Positions 28,610-38,773 are shown, numbered from the stretch's first letter. The stretch is 64,000 nt of DNA from Candidatus Latescibacterota bacterium (GCA_965203175.1 OZ241867.1:4416001-4480000); one strand, 5' to 3'. Translations and numbers: made by a program. Notes: generated by a model not told the origin, from the sequence alone.

Positions 28610-30766
28610 TTGCTAAGACGCTTGCCTACTCACTACCTGCACCACCTCGCTGGGCGCGATCAAGCCCTTCTTGCGCCGCCAGGTACCCAGCAGCTAACCA
28701 TGCGTGCGTTTTGGGTGGGATCGTTCCTCAGCTTTTTTCTAGCCGTAGGTGCTCCGTACGGCAACATGATCATACGCGGCTCCTACATGGCCTTGGACTT
28801 CAGTACACCAGGGGCCATTTTTTTGTTTCTAGTGCTCATCGGGCTGCTCAATGTGCTGTTCAAGGTTGCCGCTAGTCCAGCGGGCGCAGCAGTGTGGGCC
28901 TTGGTTTCGTGTGTGCTCTACGGTTTCTACTATGGTTGGGTGGCCCCCCTAGACCCCTTTGCCCCCGGTTTTTTCTTCGCCACCTTCATCGTCGCCTCAT
29001 CCCTGATCAATATGTTATTGGTCTCTTTTGGGCGGAGTTTGGTCCTCAACCGGGCTGAGCTGATTCTCGTTTACGTCATGTTGTTGATCGTCTCGGCTCT
29101 TTGCACCATGGGCCTGAGCGAACAAATTCTGCCGATGATCACGGCGGTGTTTTACTTTGCCTCGCCGGAAAACAAGTGGCAGGAAATACTCTTCCCCCAT
29201 TTTTCCGCACGAGAAGTCCTAGTCAACGACGGGAGCGACAGCAAGACCTTTTACGAAGGGTTGGCACCCGGGGAAGCGATTCCCTACGCATCGTGGGTAG
29301 AGCCTTTGTGCTGGTGGGCGGTCTTTCTCTTGGCGCTATACGTGACCATGGTGTCGGTCGCGGTTATCATCCGTCGGCAGTGGATGGAGCGCGAGCGATT
29401 GCCCTATCCGATCACGCAGGTGGGTCTGGCGATGGTGAGGGGAGAGGAACGCGGGCTTAAGATCAATACCTTTTTTCGCCAGCCGGCCATGTGGGCTGGT
29501 TTTATGTTGCCGATTTTTTTTGGCAGCTTGCAGGCCCTGCATCGCTACGACCCGGCTTTTCCGGTCTTCCCCCTGACTAAATGGCTACCCTTAGTGGGCG
29601 AGCAGACCTTGCGAGTGACCGTCAGTTTCGCCATAGTCGGTTTTTCGTACTTCATCAATGCCAATATCGCGGCTGGTATCTGGTTCTTTCACCTCTTGGC
29701 CAAGTTTGAAAAGGAGTTCTTCGCGCTCGCTGGTGTGACGTCCGAGCAGAAGGTCACCTTCGGCGTGGCCGATTTTCCCCTGATGGCCTACCAAGGGGTC
29801 GGTGCCTTGCTGGCCATGGTCGGGGTTGGCTTGTGGGTGGGCAGGGAACACTTTGGCAATGTGTGTAAAAAGGCCCTTGGCTTGGCACCGGAGGTGGAGG
29901 ACGAGGATGAGATCATGTCCTATCGCTGGTCTTTTTTCGGTGCTGTGGGTGGGGTCTTGGTCATGTCGTGTTGGCTGTGGGTCATGGGGACGCCGCTGTG
30001 GGTGGCGTTTGTTTTTGTCGTCTTAGCTCTGCTCATCTTCCTAGGGTTGACGCGAATCGTCGCCGAAGCCGGCTTGGCGGCTGTGCGTGCCCCGATGACA
30101 GCACCCGACTTGGTAATCTTGGGGTTGGGGACCGACTTGGTGACGCGGACTGGGGTGTGGAACTTGTCGTTGGCCTATATGTGGGGTGCGGATGTGCGGG
30201 TGTTCGTCATGGCGACCTGCACCAACGCTCTCAAGCTAATCGAGGAGATGGAGCCGAAGCTGCGGCGGCTGGTGTTTTGGGCTATTATTCTCGCGCTCTT
30301 CATCGGAGCGCTCGGTGCGTTTTGGATGATTTTCCACATGGCCTATCAGCACGGCGGCGTGAACCTCAATAGTTGGTTTTTCAAAGGTGCACCTGAAACC
30401 GCGTACAACACCGCGTTCCGCAACATGGAGCCGACGGGCGTACACTGGCCGGGGCTAGGCTTTTTGTCCGGCGGCGCGCTCGCAATGGGAGCGATGATGT
30501 GGGCGCGGCAGCGCCTGCCTTGGTGGCCCGTGCATCCCATCGGCTTTCCCATTGGGGCTAACGGTATGCTCAACTACGTGTGGTTCAGCGTATTCTTGGC
30601 TTGGTTTATCAAGAAGATAATCATGCGCTTCGGTGGAGTAGCCTTGTATCGCCGCAGTCAGATGTTTTTTTTAGGGCTGATCTGCGGGCAGGTTTCGTGC
30701 AATGGAATTTGGTTGGTCATAGATTACTTCACAGGAAAAGTGGGGAACTCCATTTTTTGGGCATGA
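28610..30766 (+). CDS. DUF6785/DUF6784-type polytopic membrane protein (OPT-like)
   Basis: Many TM segments; RRQWMERERLPYPI, RIVAEAG, PWWPVHPIGF; start either TTG 28610 or ATG 28700. Confidence 0.7.
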   Translation: MLRRLPTHYLHHLAGRDQALLAPPGTQQLTMRAFWVGSFLSFFLAVGAPYGNMIIRGSYMALDFSTPGAIFLFLVLIGLLNVLFKVAASPAGAAVWALVSCVLYGFYYGWVAPLDPFAPGFFFATFIVASSLINMLLVSFGRSLVLNRAELILVYVMLLIVSALCTMGLSEQILPMITAVFYFASPENKWQEILFPHFSAREVLVNDGSDSKTFYEGLAPGEAIPYASWVEPLCWWAVFLLALYVTMVSVAVIIRRQWMERERLPYPITQVGLAMVRGEERGLKINTFFRQPAMWAGFMLPIFFGSLQALHRYDPAFPVFPLTKWLPLVGEQTLRVTVSFAIVGFSYFINANIAAGIWFFHLLAKFEKEFFALAGVTSEQKVTFGVADFPLMAYQGVGALLAMVGVGLWVGREHFGNVCKKALGLAPEVEDEDEIMSYRWSFFGAVGGVLVMSCWLWVMGTPLWVAFVFVVLALLIFLGLTRIVAEAGLAAVRAPMTAPDLVILGLGTDLVTRTGVWNLSLAYMWGADVRVFVMATCTNALKLIEEMEPKLRRLVFWAIILALFIGALGAFWMIFHMAYQHGGVNLNSWFFKGAPETAYNTAFRNMEPTGVHWPGLGFLSGGALAMGAMMWARQRLPWWPVHPIGFPIGANGMLNYVWFSVFLAWFIKKIIMRFGGVALYRRSQMFFLGLICGQVSCNGIWLVIDYFTGKVGNSIFWA

Positions 30767-33700
30767 GGCACTCGGCTTACTACATCATCTGCGCCCTCGT
30801 ACTGACTGCAAACAGCGGTTGGGCACGTGAGGATGGCGTGCGCGAAACCGTCGATTACTTGTCGTCGCTTGGCTCTAGGGTAAGCGGCTATCCCGGGGCG
30901 GCTAAGGCCGCGGATTACGTCGAGCAGCGCTTGCGCGAGATCGGGTTTGCAGAGGTCGCGCGCGAACCCTTCGCGGTCACCGTGCCCATCGATCAAGGGG
31001 GCGAGTTGCTCCTCACAGAGAGCGGGGAGCGCTATGGCCTCTACAGCCTATGGCCGAACTTAGTTCGCACTTCGACTCTGCCTGAATACGAGGGCGAGAT
31101 GATCTATGGTGGGGATGGCGATTGGGAGGAGTACGCGGGCCGCGAACTCGACGGCCGGGTGGTGCTGCTGGAATTCAATAGCTGGAGTCGGTGGCTACAG
31201 GCCGCTTCGCTGGGCGCGCGCGCCATCGTCTTTATCGAGCCGGAGGAGACCACGCACGGTCAAGCCGCGGCCAAGTACTCCACCGCACCGCTGGACATTC
31301 CGCGTTTTTGGATTGCAAGGGAGGCCGGGCTGCGGCTAAAAGAGCGGTTGCTCCAGCAGCCAACTTCCGTAGTGCTCAAGGGGCGGATGGACTGGCAGCG
31401 CGAAACGGCCTGGAATATCTGGGTCCGGCTCCCCGGTACCGATCCAGCGCTGGCCGACGAGACCATTGTCATCGAAAGCTACTACGACGGCATGTCGGTG
31501 GTTCCCGCCTTGGCTCCGGCAGCCGAAGCGACCAGCGGGATTGCTGCGTTGCTGGCGCTGGCTGAGCATCTGGTGCGTCACCCGCCGCGCCGGCCGGTCG
31601 TGCTGGTGGCCACGGGCGCGCATTTCCAAGCTCAGCAGGGGATTGTCCATTTCCTCGAGCGCCACGCCCGCCTCCATCCCTACTACGCCGAGCGGATGGC
31701 AGAGCCGCTCAAGCCCAAGCTCTTTATCTGCATTGACCTGACGAGTCAATCCGACGGGCTGGGGATTTGGAACAATACCTTTAGCTACGATCTCAAGCGA
31801 TTTTTCGTGCCCTTTGGACGGCGTTTTACGGCCTATGCCGAGGAGGAATCCGCTCGGTTGGGGCTGGAGCAGGAACGGCCGTTGGCCAATGGGATTAGCC
31901 CGATTCGCGGCATGGATTGGTCAACCTTTGTGCCGGGTGGGGTCCCGGTCAGTGGGGTGCAGACCCTGACCGCGGGGATTATCTCGCTGTCGTTTGTTAC
32001 GGTCAACGACGCCCGCTATATCGTCGATACCCCGTTCGATACGCCCGAGCGGATGAATATCGACAATCTGGCCCGCCAAAGCCGCCTGCTCAACGCCATG
32101 CTGGCGCGGGCGGTAAACGACGAGGCCCTGTTTGCCGACCTCGAAGACTTTGGTCCCGTCCTCAAGGACAAGTTGCGCTCCCTACGGGTCAAGATTCGCT
32201 CGTTTCCACGCAAAAGCCAAGTGCCGGACCGTCCGATCGCCAACGCCATTGTCGTCGTGGATCCTCGGTTCAAGTCGCACAAGGGCATGCGCTGGGCACA
32301 GTACCACCTCACAGACGACCAAGGCATCGCCCATATCGCCGGATTGCGCACCGGGGCCTATCCGGTGGCGGCCTATCAAGTCGAGCCGGAGACTGGGGAG
32401 ATCGCGTTCGCGCCCGACCTGTCGAAAAGGGCGCAAAAGTACAGCGGCGGGGTCGTGAATGGTTGGATGATCGACAGCAAAATTCGCTGGGATATCAACG
32501 AAAAGATCATCGTCGTTTTTCCCACTATTTCGCGGCCCTTCTACAGCATGATTGACCCGCGCTATCTCCGGTCGTTCAAGGGGATCAAGGTCATCGATGC
32601 CAACGGGGTGGAACCTCGGCAGTTCGGGCTGGCGCGGGGGATTGACGACGTCGAGGCCGTCGGCGTGGTCTTTGGACCGCAGGACGCCGACGAGGACGAC
32701 GGCATCAAAATGATCATCGACAACCGCATGCTCTTACTCAACAGCGAGGGAAACGAAAACGAGAAGCAGGCGCGGGGACGGGGCTACGCGCTCCGAGAGG
32801 AATCGCTAATCCGCACCGGAATGTTGGCGGTCGAAGACATGTGGCAGCTCAATGAGGCGCGGCTGCGCACCCTGCGCGAGCACGCCATTGAAAATCAACG
32901 TCTAGCCCGGCTGCACCAGCGCAGCAAGAGTCTGATCGAAGAGGCGCGACAGGCCGAAGAGGCCAAGGATTGGGAGCGCTATGTCGGGCACGTCCGGGCC
33001 GCCTTGGGAGTGACGTCACGTGCGTACCCGGAAGTGCTAGGGACGCTCAACGACGTCATTAGCGGGATGGTGTTTTTTCTCGCCTTGGTCATTCCGACGG
33101 CCTTCTTAGGCGAGCGGTTGCTGTTTGCGGCATCCGATATTCGCTGGCAGCTAGCCGGGTTTGGGGGGTTGTTGGTTTTGATCTGGTTCGCCATTTCCCA
33201 AGTTCATCCGGCCTTTGCCATCGCCGAACCACTGGTGATCTTGCTGGCCTTTGCGATCATGGCGATGGCGGCGTTTGTACTGTCGATGATTAGCTCCCGC
33301 TTCAACAGCTACATGAAGGCCTATCAGGCGAGGGAAGCCCACGTCCACGAGACCGATATCAGCCGCGCCAGCGCCAGCTATGCGGCCTTTATGCTCGGCA
33401 TTTCCAACATGCGCCGGCGCAAGCTGCGCACCGGATTGACCTTGCTGACCTTGGTACTGCTTACCTTTACGGTGCTCTCCTTCACCTCGTTCAATACCCA
33501 GATCCGCTATATGGCCTTTGCGATGGACCACGAAGGCACCTACGAAGGAGTGCTGATCCGCGACCGCAATTGGAATGTGCTCAACCGCCCGACGCTCGAC
33601 TACGCCCGCTCCCATTTCGCCACCGAAGGAGTGGTCGTGCCGAGGAATTGGTATGTCGCCTTTGACGACGAGCAGAAAAAGTACATCGAGGTCTTCGGGG

Positions 33701-35166
33701 ATACTTCGGTGGTGCGGGCGACGGGGATACTGGGGCTGATGCCGGAGGAAGTGCGCGTCACCGGCATCGATCAGGCGCTAGTGGGCGGGAGCTTCTTCGC
33801 GCGCGAGGACGAGGCGTCCTGCCTGATGGCCGAGGGCATGGCCGAGGCGCTGGGCATCGGGCTAGCGGAACTGGGCACGGCGACGGTGCGGGTGTTTGGT
33901 CGGAACTTGGTGGTGCAGGGCGTGTTCGATCCCGATCTGTTTGAGGATATTCGCGACCTCGACGACGAGCCGCTGACGCCAGCGGATTTCCAGATGTCGA
34001 GCGCCCAAGCCCTAGGGCCGGTGGCCGAGGACAAGATGAGTATCGCCGTAGATGAATCCGCGCTCGATATTCGTCCCTTCATCCATCTAGAATCCGATAA
34101 CGTGCTGGTCTTGCCCTATGGAACGCTGCGGGAGGCAGGGGGGATGTTGCGTTCAGTAGCGGTGCGGATGGAGGATGGGGAACGCGGACAGGAAATGGTC
34201 GAGGATTTCCTCCTGCGGCTGGCCATTACGCTTTTTGCCGGCCTGCAAGAGCCGGGCGAATCCGCCATTAAGGTGTTTTCCTACACCTCGATTGGGTTGA
34301 CCGATGTCGAGGGTTTGGGGGCCTTGGTGATACCGATGTTCATCGCTGCGTTGATTGTACTCAATGCGATGATGGGGGCTGTCTATGAGCGCTTCCGCGA
34401 AATCGGCATTTACTCGTCGGTGGGGTTGGCACCGCTGCATATCGCATTGCTCTTTGTAGCTGAAGCATGTGTCTATGCGATTATTGGCGTTACCATAGGC
34501 TATATTCTCGGCCAGAGTTTGGGCAAACTACTCATCGCGCTGGACCTGCTGCAGGGAATAAGCCTCAATTACTCGTCGATGGCGGCGATTGTCTCGGCGC
34601 TGCTTGTGATGGCCGTAGTTTTGCTTTCGACTATATATCCGGCTAGGGTCGCAGCCCGCACGGCCGTGCCCGATACGGTGCGGCGCTGGACGCCGCCGGA
34701 CCCTGATGGGGACCGCTGGGAAATGGAGTTTCCCTTTATGGTCAGCGAGGGGGAAGTGCGGGGCCTGTGCGGATTCTTGGCCGCTTACTTCAGTGCCTAT
34801 AGCGAGGAGTCCATCGGCGACTTCTATGCGGAGAAGGTTCAGTTAGTCGAGGAAGCCGGCGAGCGCGGGCCGGAGTACGCCGTGCAGCTTTTGCTGTGGC
34901 TGGCGCCGTTCGACATGGGGGTGAGTCAGTTCATGCAGCTCGAATTTTTGCCCACCGAAGTCAAATCCGTATATACAGTGGAGATTTACATTCAGCGGAT
35001 CAGCGGTCAGGACACCTTCTGGCAGCGGGTCAACCACCGCTTTATCAATGGGTTGAGGAAAGAGTTCCTGCTATGGCACACCCTCGCCACAGAGTCCAAG
35101 GCCCACCACCGCGGAGTCGCCGAGAAGATGTTGGCCGAGTCCGCAGAAGTTGAGCAGGTGGAATGA
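30763..35166 (+). CDS. Giant membrane protein: PA + degenerate M28 peptidase ectodomain fused to an FtsX-like permease
   Basis: Signal peptide; SRVSGYPG..AADY; M28 fold with altered ligands; NMRRRKLRT; VYERFREIGIYSSVGL..IALLFVAEA (FtsX); ATGA overlap with the previous gene. Confidence 0.78.
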   Translation: MRHSAYYIICALVLTANSGWAREDGVRETVDYLSSLGSRVSGYPGAAKAADYVEQRLREIGFAEVAREPFAVTVPIDQGGELLLTESGERYGLYSLWPNLVRTSTLPEYEGEMIYGGDGDWEEYAGRELDGRVVLLEFNSWSRWLQAASLGARAIVFIEPEETTHGQAAAKYSTAPLDIPRFWIAREAGLRLKERLLQQPTSVVLKGRMDWQRETAWNIWVRLPGTDPALADETIVIESYYDGMSVVPALAPAAEATSGIAALLALAEHLVRHPPRRPVVLVATGAHFQAQQGIVHFLERHARLHPYYAERMAEPLKPKLFICIDLTSQSDGLGIWNNTFSYDLKRFFVPFGRRFTAYAEEESARLGLEQERPLANGISPIRGMDWSTFVPGGVPVSGVQTLTAGIISLSFVTVNDARYIVDTPFDTPERMNIDNLARQSRLLNAMLARAVNDEALFADLEDFGPVLKDKLRSLRVKIRSFPRKSQVPDRPIANAIVVVDPRFKSHKGMRWAQYHLTDDQGIAHIAGLRTGAYPVAAYQVEPETGEIAFAPDLSKRAQKYSGGVVNGWMIDSKIRWDINEKIIVVFPTISRPFYSMIDPRYLRSFKGIKVIDANGVEPRQFGLARGIDDVEAVGVVFGPQDADEDDGIKMIIDNRMLLLNSEGNENEKQARGRGYALREESLIRTGMLAVEDMWQLNEARLRTLREHAIENQRLARLHQRSKSLIEEARQAEEAKDWERYVGHVRAALGVTSRAYPEVLGTLNDVISGMVFFLALVIPTAFLGERLLFAASDIRWQLAGFGGLLVLIWFAISQVHPAFAIAEPLVILLAFAIMAMAAFVLSMISSRFNSYMKAYQAREAHVHETDISRASASYAAFMLGISNMRRRKLRTGLTLLTLVLLTFTVLSFTSFNTQIRYMAFAMDHEGTYEGVLIRDRNWNVLNRPTLDYARSHFATEGVVVPRNWYVAFDDEQKKYIEVFGDTSVVRATGILGLMPEEVRVTGIDQALVGGSFFAREDEASCLMAEGMAEALGIGLAELGTATVRVFGRNLVVQGVFDPDLFEDIRDLDDEPLTPADFQMSSAQALGPVAEDKMSIAVDESALDIRPFIHLESDNVLVLPYGTLREAGGMLRSVAVRMEDGERGQEMVEDFLLRLAITLFAGLQEPGESAIKVFSYTSIGLTDVEGLGALVIPMFIAALIVLNAMMGAVYERFREIGIYSSVGLAPLHIALLFVAEACVYAIIGVTIGYILGQSLGKLLIALDLLQGISLNYSSMAAIVSALLVMAVVLLSTIYPARVAARTAVPDTVRRWTPPDPDGDRWEMEFPFMVSEGEVRGLCGFLAAYFSAYSEESIGDFYAEKVQLVEEAGERGPEYAVQLLLWLAPFDMGVSQFMQLEFLPTEVKSVYTVEIYIQRISGQDTFWQRVNHRFINGLRKEFLLWHTLATESKAHHRGVAEKMLAESAEVEQVE

Positions 35167-38100
35167 TGGAAGCGTTTTTTCAAAGACTGTCTGCGTCTTT
35201 TCAGCAGCTATTTGATCGCAAACAAAAAAAGGAGCGCCAGTGGGCCGAGGTCGATGAATACCGCGACTTGCTCCAAGCCCCCGACCGCTTTGAGGAGGGC
35301 TTTACAAGCCGTACCATTATCGGTGTGCTCTTCATCTCGCTGATTATGACCCCGGGCGAGATGTTTCTCGGGCTGTACGCGGGTATCGATATAGGCGTGG
35401 CGGCGCAATGGGTGACGGTGATCCTCTTTTTAGAGGTCTCGAAGCGATCATTTGCCGCGCTCAGGCGCCAAGAGATTTACCTGTTAGTGTACGTCGCCGG
35501 TGCCTTGATCGCCGGCGGAGAGGGCGCGTTCCTCGGCTTGCTCTGGCGTCAGTACTTTGTGACCTCGGCCGAAGCCGAGCTATTCGGGATAGCGCACCGC
35601 TTGCCGTGGTGGTGGGCACCCGGACCCGATTCGGAGGCCATTGCCGAGCGCACCTTTATTCATCGCGACTGGCTGGCTCCGATCCTGCTGTTGGTACTCG
35701 GGACGATCATGAGCCGCATCGCTTGGTTTACGACCGGCTACATGCTCTTCCGGCTCGTTTCTGACCGCGAGCAATTGCCCTTTCCCACCGCGCCCATGTC
35801 GGCGTTGAGCGCTATGGCACTGGCCGAGGATTCGGGTGCCGAGCGAGAGACGTGGAAGTGGCCAGTGTTCAGCATTGGCGCGGTTATCGGTGCGTCATTC
35901 GGGGTCATCTATGTAGGGGTCCCGGTCATTACCGCGATTTGGGGTTCCAAAGTGGAGATCTTGCCGATTCCCTTCTGGGAATTGAGTCCCTATTTCGGCA
36001 ATATTATACAGGCTGCGCCACTGGGGATCTCCACGAGTTTGGGGGCGGTATTCGCCGGGTTGTTCATGCCCTTCTGGGGGGTGATCGGCTCCTTTGCCGG
36101 GGTGATGCTACACACGGCCATCAGTCCCTTTCTCTACGCATGGGGCTATCTGCCGCGCTGGGAACTCGGCATGCACACCATCGAAACTACCATCGTCACT
36201 GGAATCGACTTTTGGCGCGCCTTTTCCATTGGCATTACCATCGCGGTCACCATCGTCAGCTTTCACCAGCTTTTTTCCACTGGCCGAGAAAGGCTGGCCG
36301 AATCGCAGGAGAAGCTCCGGCTCCAAGGGGCCGACCAGTCGGGGATGTGTAAGCACTCAGACTGCCTCCGCCCGGCCGAAGTGAGGGGGTACTGCTTAAA
36401 ACACCTCGGCCGCGGCGATTTCAATATGTGGGTTTGCGCTTCGCTGTTTTGCGTAGCGGCGATCTATCCGATCGTGTTGGCCAAGACCTTGTTTCCCACC
36501 TTGGTCAGCACCGGCCTGTTGGTGCTTTTCGTGCTCATTGCCTTTGTCTGGGCGCCGATCATGTCCTTTGTCAGCGCCCGGCTCGACGGCTTGGTTGGCC
36601 GCAACATTTCGATCCCCTATGTCGAAGACGCCATCCGCTTTATGACCGGCTTTCGCGGGGTCGAAATCTGGTTCGTGCCCTTTCCTACCCGCAACTTCGG
36701 CGGGAACGCCGAGCAGTTTAGGGTAGTAGAGCTGACCGGGATGAGGTTTACTAGCCTGCTTAAGGCCGAGCTCTTTATGTTGCCCATCGTCTTTGGGGTG
36801 AGTCTGATGTACTGGAGCTTCCTCTGGCGCTTGGGGCCCATTCCCTCGGAGAGCTACCCATACGCGCAAATCTATTGGCCGCTGGAGGCCTTTGACCGGG
36901 CGCTCGCCTACTCCGCCACGATGTACAACAAAACGTGGCGCGCCGGAGAGGAGGTGGAAGGGGATATTGTGCCCAATGGCCAAGTCGTGTGGAGCCCACC
37001 CAATTTGGAGGACGGCCGTTGGTGGTACTGGCGGGTGAGAACTACTAGGGATTTTGAGGTGCCGGATCCGGTAAAGCGCGACTATGACTCTTGGTCGCAG
37101 ACAGGCTACTTCTACACGGACTTCAGCGGCGGGGACGCACCATCGCCGCCGGAGGCCGCCCAGAGGATCGACGCCGAGGCGGATACTCCGTCGGATGGCC
37201 CCCAGCTACTTTGGCCTCCCAACGGCATGGCCATTGCCACGCCGAACCCCAACTTCCAAGCTGCGATCAATTTAGCTCCGGGCGATTCGGTTGATTTCTA
37301 CTTTGAAATAGATCGCCTGCCCAGCTTTGACGGCGAGGCTTTGCAACGATCCTCGGACGTGCCCTTGCTCTTTGCGGTTCTGTGGCAGGATATGCGCTTT
37401 ACCGGCAACCGCAAGGACGACGACGGCGACCTCAATATCGCGGCTCTCGTCGAGGGTGTGGAGCCGGAGGGGTTAGGAGGTCAGCTTGGACTGGCCGACG
37501 GCGACCGCCTCCGTGCGATAAACGGCGTCGAACTTCGCGTCCCGCAATGGGATACTGAGCGGATTGATCGGTATTTTACCCAGGGAGCGGACTCGGTGTT
37601 TGCCGCTTGGGAACGGGATGAGAAAACCATGCGTCGAGCCGTGGTGCGCCGGCCGGGGGAAGCACTGGGACTTGAGTTTGCGGCGGACACGTCATTCGTC
37701 GAGAGTTGGACCGAATACGACGCAGTGCGCGTCGCCACCGTAGCCGAAACCGGGCTAGGCCACCGCTTGGGCTTGCAAGCCGGCGACGACCTTATGACGA
37801 TCAACGGCCAAAGCATTGAGCAGGATACGTGGCGCAGCGAGGAGGTAAGGGCCGCCTTTGCTGCGGTTGTGGAGGAGACCGCGACTACGGTGCTAGTCGA
37901 GTGGGAGCGGGATGGAGACCGGCTTCAAGGTTTGGTGGCCGATGCGTCGTCTCTCCCCCTAGGCTTGACCTATCGGGAGGGGGCCATCGAGGGCATTGAC
38001 GAAGAGCTGGTCAACAACCGCGACGACGATGGCGACGGCCTGATCGACGAGGATACGCACCATCCCCTCGGCGGTAGGAAGTGGCCCATCATCATCGGCG

Positions 38101-38390
38101 CAGCTAGCTTCGGCTTGGCGGCGTACTTTACTTTGGCCTTTTTGGGAATGCCGATCTTTATGATCTGGGGATACGTCCAAAGCGTCAACGGCATTCCGCA
38201 TTTTCTCATTCCACAAGTCATTGGTGCCTTGCTGGCTCGGCACTACTTCTGGAAGCGGTACGGCAAGCAACAATGGCGGCAATACGCCATGGTCTTGAGC
38301 GTGGGGTTTGGGGTTGGCATGGCCTTGGTCGGCATGTTCAGCGCGGCTTTGTCGATTATCAACAAGGCCGTTTCTTCCCTCGCCTATTGA
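35163..38390 (+). CDS. OPT-like peptide-transporter-family membrane protein with inserted Ig/FN3-like, PDZ-like and Ca-binding modules
   Basis: GFTSRTIIG, DREQLPFPTAP, WRLGPIPSESYPY; soluble insert about 36930-38070. Confidence 0.68.
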   Translation: MMEAFFQRLSASFQQLFDRKQKKERQWAEVDEYRDLLQAPDRFEEGFTSRTIIGVLFISLIMTPGEMFLGLYAGIDIGVAAQWVTVILFLEVSKRSFAALRRQEIYLLVYVAGALIAGGEGAFLGLLWRQYFVTSAEAELFGIAHRLPWWWAPGPDSEAIAERTFIHRDWLAPILLLVLGTIMSRIAWFTTGYMLFRLVSDREQLPFPTAPMSALSAMALAEDSGAERETWKWPVFSIGAVIGASFGVIYVGVPVITAIWGSKVEILPIPFWELSPYFGNIIQAAPLGISTSLGAVFAGLFMPFWGVIGSFAGVMLHTAISPFLYAWGYLPRWELGMHTIETTIVTGIDFWRAFSIGITIAVTIVSFHQLFSTGRERLAESQEKLRLQGADQSGMCKHSDCLRPAEVRGYCLKHLGRGDFNMWVCASLFCVAAIYPIVLAKTLFPTLVSTGLLVLFVLIAFVWAPIMSFVSARLDGLVGRNISIPYVEDAIRFMTGFRGVEIWFVPFPTRNFGGNAEQFRVVELTGMRFTSLLKAELFMLPIVFGVSLMYWSFLWRLGPIPSESYPYAQIYWPLEAFDRALAYSATMYNKTWRAGEEVEGDIVPNGQVVWSPPNLEDGRWWYWRVRTTRDFEVPDPVKRDYDSWSQTGYFYTDFSGGDAPSPPEAAQRIDAEADTPSDGPQLLWPPNGMAIATPNPNFQAAINLAPGDSVDFYFEIDRLPSFDGEALQRSSDVPLLFAVLWQDMRFTGNRKDDDGDLNIAALVEGVEPEGLGGQLGLADGDRLRAINGVELRVPQWDTERIDRYFTQGADSVFAAWERDEKTMRRAVVRRPGEALGLEFAADTSFVESWTEYDAVRVATVAETGLGHRLGLQAGDDLMTINGQSIEQDTWRSEEVRAAFAAVVEETATTVLVEWERDGDRLQGLVADASSLPLGLTYREGAIEGIDEELVNNRDDDGDGLIDEDTHHPLGGRKWPIIIGAASFGLAAYFTLAFLGMPIFMIWGYVQSVNGIPHFLIPQVIGALLARHYFWKRYGKQQWRQYAMVLSVGFGVGMALVGMFSAALSIINKAVSSLAY

Positions 38391-38432
38391 GGGGGTGGAC
38401 AAGGTCCATTAACCCTTGTATCTTCGCCATTT

Positions 38433-38762
38433 ATGGACTTACTCGGGCGCATATTCCGCGTCGTGAGGGCGCACACTACGGCCAGCGAGCCGCGCGATGC
38501 CTACGGGCATTGGCAGCCTCCGCCTCCGCCGCCCGCACTGGCCGAAGACCCGGTACTCGCTGGGTATTACGCCAATCTGGAACTTCCCTATGGGGCGACT
38601 CTGGAGGAAGTGAAGGCGGCGTGGAAGCGGTTGATGAAGCAGTACCACCCCGACCGCCACGCCCAGGATCCGGCCAAGCGCGAGGTCGCCAACGCGCTCT
38701 GCGCCCAATTGACGCATGCCTATAAAGAGCTGGAAAGTGCGATCTTAAAGTCGCATAAGTGA
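38433..38762 (+). CDS. Small J-domain (DnaJ-like) protein
   Basis: YYANLEL..GATLEEVKAAWKRLMKQYHPD..AY; HPD intact. Confidence 0.85.
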   Translation: MDLLGRIFRVVRAHTTASEPRDAYGHWQPPPPPPALAEDPVLAGYYANLELPYGATLEEVKAAWKRLMKQYHPDRHAQDPAKREVANALCAQLTHAYKELESAILKSHK

Positions 38763-38773
38763 GTGAGTGCGGC

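Noticed and set aside
38767-38771. GTGCG at 38767 as the intron 5' end
   Set aside because: The sequence after 39188 resembles CL-class domain I much better. The 38767 site is kept only as a caveat.
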